Below, piece after piece: positions 58,101 through 64,000 of a DNA stretch of 64,000 nucleotides. The stretch spans positions 68,016,001-68,080,000 of the forward strand of contig OZ076409.1 in NCBI GenBank assembly GCA_964187785.1, read 5' to 3'. How positions within the stretch are numbered: the stretch's first letter is position 1; each line of letters starts with the position of its first letter. This DNA is from Amphiscolops sp. MND2022. Its lineage: Eukaryota. Below the pieces are notes generated by a model. That model did not search any database. It saw only the letters and a program-made list of their open reading frames with translations, and had not been told where the DNA came from. A program made the translations under genes and the position numbers.

Positions 58101-59982
58101 CTAGGTCCAGTTTTGTGGGTATCCCTGGCTCTGGACCGACTTCCGCTTCCAGAGAACCGAGGAGGTTCAATTTCTATTGTTGAAGCCAGTGACTCATGGC
58201 TTTGCCATTTATCCATACGTTTTGGATTTCCAGTGTAAGACAAAGCTGTCGGTGGTTCTCTGAATACCATTGAAAAGGAACTTGTTCCATCCAAATTCGG
58301 AAAAGCTCCTGATTTTTTCAAGTCATTCTGAGGAAAGCTGGAAAGATTGAAGTTTTTCAGTGAGTTAATGGAATCATGAGATGAGATGATCGAAAGTGGC
58401 GGTTTTTTAGCTTTGTGATGAGGAGCTCCAATAGTTCGTTTGGACGTGAACAAGTTTGAAGAGTTCATCTTTTCGGTCATGACCGAAGAGTTCAATGACC
58501 CATGTCCAGACATACCTTGGATGGGCTTGCTATACTTGGATAAAGCTTGAGATGCGTGAGGGTTCAGTGTTCTGCCTCTGAAACTTGGAGTTTTGCTGAT
58601 TTGGAAATTAGAAACCGATGTTCCTGGTGTTGTGAGTGGTTTTGCGACGGAAACACTAATGGACGTCAAGGAATCCAAAGACTTCTTTCTTCTTGGCTGG
58701 GTTTCAAAATTGAGATTCAACTTTTTATCATCGATGTTGAAGTTTTGAATGGCATCAAGTTTTGTTTGGAGATCTCTTGATATCACGCTTTCAATGTCTG
58801 AGTCTGAAAACATGATTTTATGTCAAAATTCTTTAAATTTGATCTTGAATTTTTAATGTTTGTTTTGACCCGACATATATTGATACAACATTGTGAATCA
58901 AATCTTGAGCTTACTGATCTTACCTGTCTCTAAAAAAAGTAAAACTCCGAGGTAATGAAAAATTTATCGATTTTCAACTTGTGAAAAATAAACCTGGTTA
59001 TCGATCGAACCTTTTGCAATCAAAAATAATTGTATGCCATATTTGAATTTTTTGCTCGAGCATACATTACAAAATATTTTAAAAATGTATTTCATTTCAT
59101 ATTTCAAAGGTGTACTTCAACAGTGGAAAATTTGTCAAAAAACAGATTCGAGGGCGTAACTTACTTCCATTGATGCGTGATTTAATTTTGTGTCCTAAAT
59201 CCAGGTTTTTGCTCATTGTCATCGCTTTGAAATTGGGATTCTCGTGTGTGCCCATCTCAGGCAAAAGGTCGTTCGTTCTGGGGGTGCTATCTGGTGACTC
59301 CTTGAGGGGGTACTTTTTCTCAATCAGCCCCTTGAGAAGTTCTTCTGCCTCCAGGGACTTGTTGTGGTTGTTCAGTCTGCCCAGGGCTGAGCGGGATCTT
59401 TGCTGTCGCTGCTTTTTAGGGAACCTAAATTTTCACCTTTCAAATTTTGCAAAATGTTAAAACTTCAGGAAGTTGCTAGAAAATCAAATAATTCTGCAAA
59501 CTTCATTTAAATATTCAAAATTTCGTGAATGACTGCGTATATATGAAATCTTTTTGAACACTAAATTCTCAATCTCCGAGCTGTTTTTGTGATGTTTTGT
59601 TGAAACGTCTACGTGAAGTGGTGACAAACTTTTTTTCGTGTTTTTTGATTTTAAACAGTGTAGTAATTTCGAATGTAATTTCTTAATCTACGATAACGGC
59701 TTGAAAAAGAAAATATTCAACATTTAAATGGTTTTTCCGAGTGAAAAAACATTGGAACAATATTTGGAAACTTTGTACCTGTCTAAGTCGGCGACAGAAG
59801 ACACGCTGTCATTGAAGTGTGCAAAGTCCTTCTCGGTGCTGAGACAGTCTTCCACACAACTGGTTGTATCCCCTATCGTCTCTGTCTCCACTGTGTTGGA
59901 TGCCCCCTTCCTGCCCTTGAGGAAGTCCCTGGAAGTGTTCACGTGCAGCTGACTCATCTCCTGGTCTATTTTGTCCAGAATT
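52116..59982 (-). CDS. Large coiled-coil protein with a Ser-rich disordered N-terminal half (possibly centrosomal/ciliary); 5' end not resolved
   Basis: In-phase GT-AG exons 59982-59779, 59424-59165, 58803-55862 (2942 nt), 55465-55334 and 52771-52449, plus a tentative last exon 52218-52116. Long E/K/L-rich heptad region. Confidence 0.78.
53706..54413 (-). mobile_element. Family B element with an internal tandem duplication (53774-53941, period 85)
   Basis: AAACAAGACGGGAACGTC..AAGTCGGCGC at one end and GCGCCGACTAAAA at the other. The duplicated unit is visible. Confidence 0.7.
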
Positions 59983-61309
59983 CTGTAAATTGAAACAAAT
60001 TCATTAGTTAACATGGTTTTGATAATACTTGTTTTTCAGTCATAAAATGCTACTTTCTTTTTGTTTTGTAGTCTTCGACGTTTTTTTTGCAGCCAAAGTA
60101 ACAAAATCAGTATTTCAAAGAAGAAACTTAAAAAAAACTATCCACGAATGATGCAAAACATTCCCAAGATTCATTATCAGTACATTTTCTATATTTTATT
60201 CGACGAGTTTTCGAAGATTAAGTAAGTAATAAAGATTTCATAAAGGAATCTCTTTGTCACTATTTTCTCAAGACATGTTTCTGTCAGAAAATTTGAAAAA
60301 ATAGCACATTTTTGCCGTTCAAAATTGCTTTTCTCTCTGATTCCAACTACCAATCGCAAACACATCGCTGAATAATTTACTCAAAGGACTCCAATGTTTC
60401 TCAAAAACTTGTTTGAAGATGTGAAAGTCTCTAGAAAAAATTCTACAGTCTCTAGAAAGTCTCTAGTTTCTTGAAAGGTAAGGAAAGGAGAGGAAAGTTT
60501 TCTGACAATAATTGCCGGAATGCATAGTAAACAATAAAGACCTTGCATTGAATGGCGCACTTTTATACAAATTTCTTACTCTTATTTGGCCATTTTACTG
60601 AGGACTAAAATCACGTAACTACCATAATCACTACTTTTTTTTATTTCTTTTATTCCTATAGACACAAATGAGACGAAAACGACCGGCATGGGATATGACA
60701 TTACATTATACATGGCAATTGGCATTATGAGATGCATATGGCGGGCATTGGCTTTGTGGTTGAAGGGTGGCGTTTGAAGCAAGTCTGTAGTCTTTAAACC
60801 TCGTAAGTGTCCTTTTTCCGTAGATTTTGAGCTATTTTCGACTTGTTCAGACGTGACAGTATACCGAGTTCTAATAGCGAGTCCTAGATTTTTTAATAGG
60901 AGGAAGTTTACATTGAGTTTCATTTTGTAAGATGATCTTCCTCTCTGAAATAACCACTTTTTACTCCTCTACCCTACAAACTAAAATGCACGAACAGGTG
61001 CTAAAGGTCGTGCTTTTAACTTTTGCTCACTTTTACATCGACTGCGAAACAGAAAAAAGTACATAAGGCCCCCATTGTTTTTTTGGCACAGTGCGATGTT
61101 TCCACAGAAGGTGGCGACATTCACCAAAGAGGCCTTCTTTGATTTTTTCCCTGTTTTACCTCCTGAAAAGACGTTTTCGAGCCTAAAGTTTCCCTCATTA
61201 GTTTTTCCTGAAAGGTTCCGACTTTTTACGCGACCATTTTCTCCAAAGAAACATATTTTCTCCCACCAAATTGTTTTCATCTGATGGTTTAAAAAACGTT
61301 TACCGGGGC

Positions 61310-61815
61310 CACAGGCCACCTCACACTGATCGGTCCACTTTTTACAGAAACTACTAAAACTACTCAGGCCAAGTCCGGCCAATGCAAACTTAGTGCAAAG
61401 GGTCCCCTTTCATTTTTTTACTTTTGTAACGTAACCTACAAAACCGGACGAGAGTAAAGGGCCCTTTCGATTTTTTTCTCGAAACTTTTGTAATGTCTCA
61501 AAAGGGTCCCCCCTTCGATATCATGATATTTTGCAACAGAATGTATGTTAGTAAATCCCAAACGGTTCCCCTTTTACCTTTTTCGGCACTGTCCGACACT
61601 TTCCGAAAGAAAAAAATGCGGAGTTTTTTTCGATAATTTTTTTGTTCTCAGTTGGGGAAAAAGTGGTTTCCGAGTCTTATCGAGCACTAAAGACACCCTT
61701 TGGGTTTCTCGAAATTGTTTTCTGAGCTTTTCATAAACACGTTCTGGGCATATTTTTAAAAACTTTGCGCTTTTTGAGCCTTAGATATGGCGCCGACTTT
61801 AAACGTTCTCATCTT
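61310..61815 (+). repeat. Family B element, 3' part
   Basis: Reverse-complement match to 53706-54330. Ends TTTTGAGCCTTAGATATGGCGCCGACTT. Confidence 0.6.
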
Positions 61816-64000
61816 TTCAATATCCGTCGAAATTTCAAATGGAAAAGAAAAAGACTTGAATCAGCGGCGCTTTTTTCCCAAAGTTTGTCATGCTCCAAAC
61901 ATGTACAAAACTGAAAATTTCACCCATAAAATTCAACTGACAACATTTATTTCCCGTGATATGTTTTTGCAGAGATTTTTGGATATTTTCTGGTAGACCC
62001 CAAAGACACCGGATTGACTCAAATATAGACCAAAACAAACAAAAATATCGAAACAGAATTTTATTCTTAGCAAATTTTCAGCAACTTTTCGAGAGATGTT
62101 GTATATTAGAACAATAAAAACGTTCAACAAGGAACAAATTTGTAGTTCAGTAGGCTTTTCAGAAAAACTTGCAGTTTGATAAAACAGAATGCTTCAAATG
62201 GACATCGAAAAAAAAACAAAATTTAATAATTTTCATGAAGTTTTTGTCAAAATTTCGATGGCGTTTGCGGATTAGAACGTAGACGTTCACCCAAGAAACA
62301 ATTTTGTCTGAAAGGAGCTTTTGGCAAGATCAATGATATTCGGTGATGAAAAATTGCCACTGAATGACTGCAAAAGTTCGAAAAACTACGAAACTTTTGA
62401 CTTTTTAACCCAATTTTTCGAAAATTTTGTGAGGTAAAACATCGCCTCCGTTCAACAACAATTGTCTTCGTTGTCTAGTAGGTTTTTTGATGGCCTGAAT
62501 TCTACTATTCATTGGAAATTTGTCTCACATTGACCACGAAAACTTCCAGTTTATGTCGTCTTTCATGTTTATTTGTGTACAATTGCAAAAATTTTTGTAG
62601 ATCAGAAGGTACATAACGTTCAAAAAAGAACAATTTGAAAAATAATGCAGTGTTTTGCTTCAAAAACACTTCGGAAACTCCCCAATGAGTCGAAAAATAG
62701 ATGAAATCCACTTTTTGAACTTTTATGCAACATTTATGGTTATTTTGAAAAGTTTCGAGAGTTGTTACAATGGTAAAAAAAACTGAACAACAAGTGGAGT
62801 CAAAATCTACTTGGCTTTTTTGAAGAGAACTTTGCCAGATTGTGATTGAAAAAAAAACCTGAAATGGACCTGAAAAACCGAAACAATCAAAATTTTCCAG
62901 TTTCAACAAGTTTAGGGAAAAGTTTCAGATTTTCAAAAGTTTCGTGAGTCAGGCGGTTGTAAATGTACTAAACGACTTATTAATCTTTACAGTACGCTTT
63001 TTAAAGGAGAACTTGGTATTTTTCTAGGTAGACTTTTATCTGAATAACACCAACTTCTTTCTTCCGAATTGAGAGTTTTTCAAGAGGAAATGAAAATTTT
63101 TGTGGAATTTCGTTTGTTAGAAAAAGTAACAGTTAGAAAGAACTAATTTAGTAGGATTTTTGAAAGTGAATTACAGCTTTACATTTGTGTCTCAAAATGA
63201 CCTCGAAAACTGTCGAAAAACTCAATGTTTCTTCACATTTTTAGAAATTTTAGAACAATTTGAAACGTTTCTTAATTTAGGTTGTTTGAAAAATTGAAAA
63301 AGAAGAAATAGCTATGCAGTTTGCATTTTGTTGCAAAAATTGTCGCTCTGTGCGTAAATATCCGAATGAACGTAACAAATTCTGATAAGTTCAAACTTCT
63401 CTTTATGAAATTTTTGTGAAACTTCAGAGATTTCGTGAATCAAAGTCTTGAAACACTCAACGACGATTGGAACAGCTGCTATCCTGTAGCAATCTCTGTA
63501 GCGATACTTGCAGTATCAAAAAATGCCTCAAAAGGCCTCCCGAAGTAGTCGAAAAAGTCGAAATTTTCCAATTTTTCGTAATTTGGAATGTTTATAATAA
63601 AAATTTGAAAAGTTGTGTAATTGAGGAGTTTGAAAAAGCTCTATACGATTTAATTAGGTTTGCAAAAAAATGGACTTGACAGTCTTGTATCTAGAAGTTC
63701 CGCATTTTGACCCAAAATAATCGAAAATCGAAAGTTTAGACAGTTTTTGCAAATTTTGGCGCAATTTGCGAGCTACTCCATGAGTAAGAATGGTGTAAAG
63801 ATTCAATAACCACCAAAATTGTTTTCAAGAAGGCATTTCGAAAAAGGTATCTACACTTTCACTAAAACGTGTCTCAAAATGACCCCAAAATAGTCGAAAA
63901 GATCAAAACATTCCGATTTTTGACATTTTAGTATCTTTTGTGCTAAAAACATGGTATGCTAGGTACTGGCATCCCCACAGTTTGACTACATACAATTGGA

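Noticed and set aside
56381..58780. Several plus-strand ORFs
   Set aside because: Antisense shadows of the coiled-coil exon.
59425..59778. Weak end complementarity in this and a few other introns (e.g. 8792-9307, 25966-26280)
   Set aside because: Short AT-rich matches at variable offsets, not distinguishable from chance by eye.
60575..60593. Possible upstream exon of the coiled-coil gene (minus-strand donor GTAAG)
   Set aside because: In-frame TAA precedes the donor, so at best it is a 5' UTR exon; unsupported.
62000..64000. AT-rich region with a short repeated motif (about 63187 and 63870)
   Set aside because: No definable termini or coding signal; probably decayed repeats.

Overview
Eukaryotic, AT-rich, transposon-dense genomic DNA that looks like an invertebrate metazoan (taxon not determined). 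Five spliced protein-coding genes were reconstructed by eye. (1) The 3' part of a multi-cbEGF gene with a hydrophobic, GPI-signal-like C-terminus (987-15943, +). (2) A complete MORN1-like gene nested on the same strand inside one intron of that gene (6279-9654). (3) A CRELD gene that appears to give both an ER-retained and a two-TM isoform (22960-31123). (4) ZMYND10 (35915-42472). (5) A large coiled-coil gene on the minus strand (about 52116-59982). Mobile DNA includes a young full-length Copia with TG..GA LTRs, a near-intact hAT, DD34E and DD37E Tc1 elements carrying nested insertions, MULE/hAT/pogo-type MITEs and two Helentron-like non-autonomous families. The most notable signal is a set of introns whose two ends are inverted repeats. 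Some have non-canonical GC or GA donors, several lack a polypyrimidine tract, and one has a 5-bp duplication supplying the AG. This suggests Introner-like intron gain or structure-assisted splicing. All gene models come from manual reading without transcript evidence.
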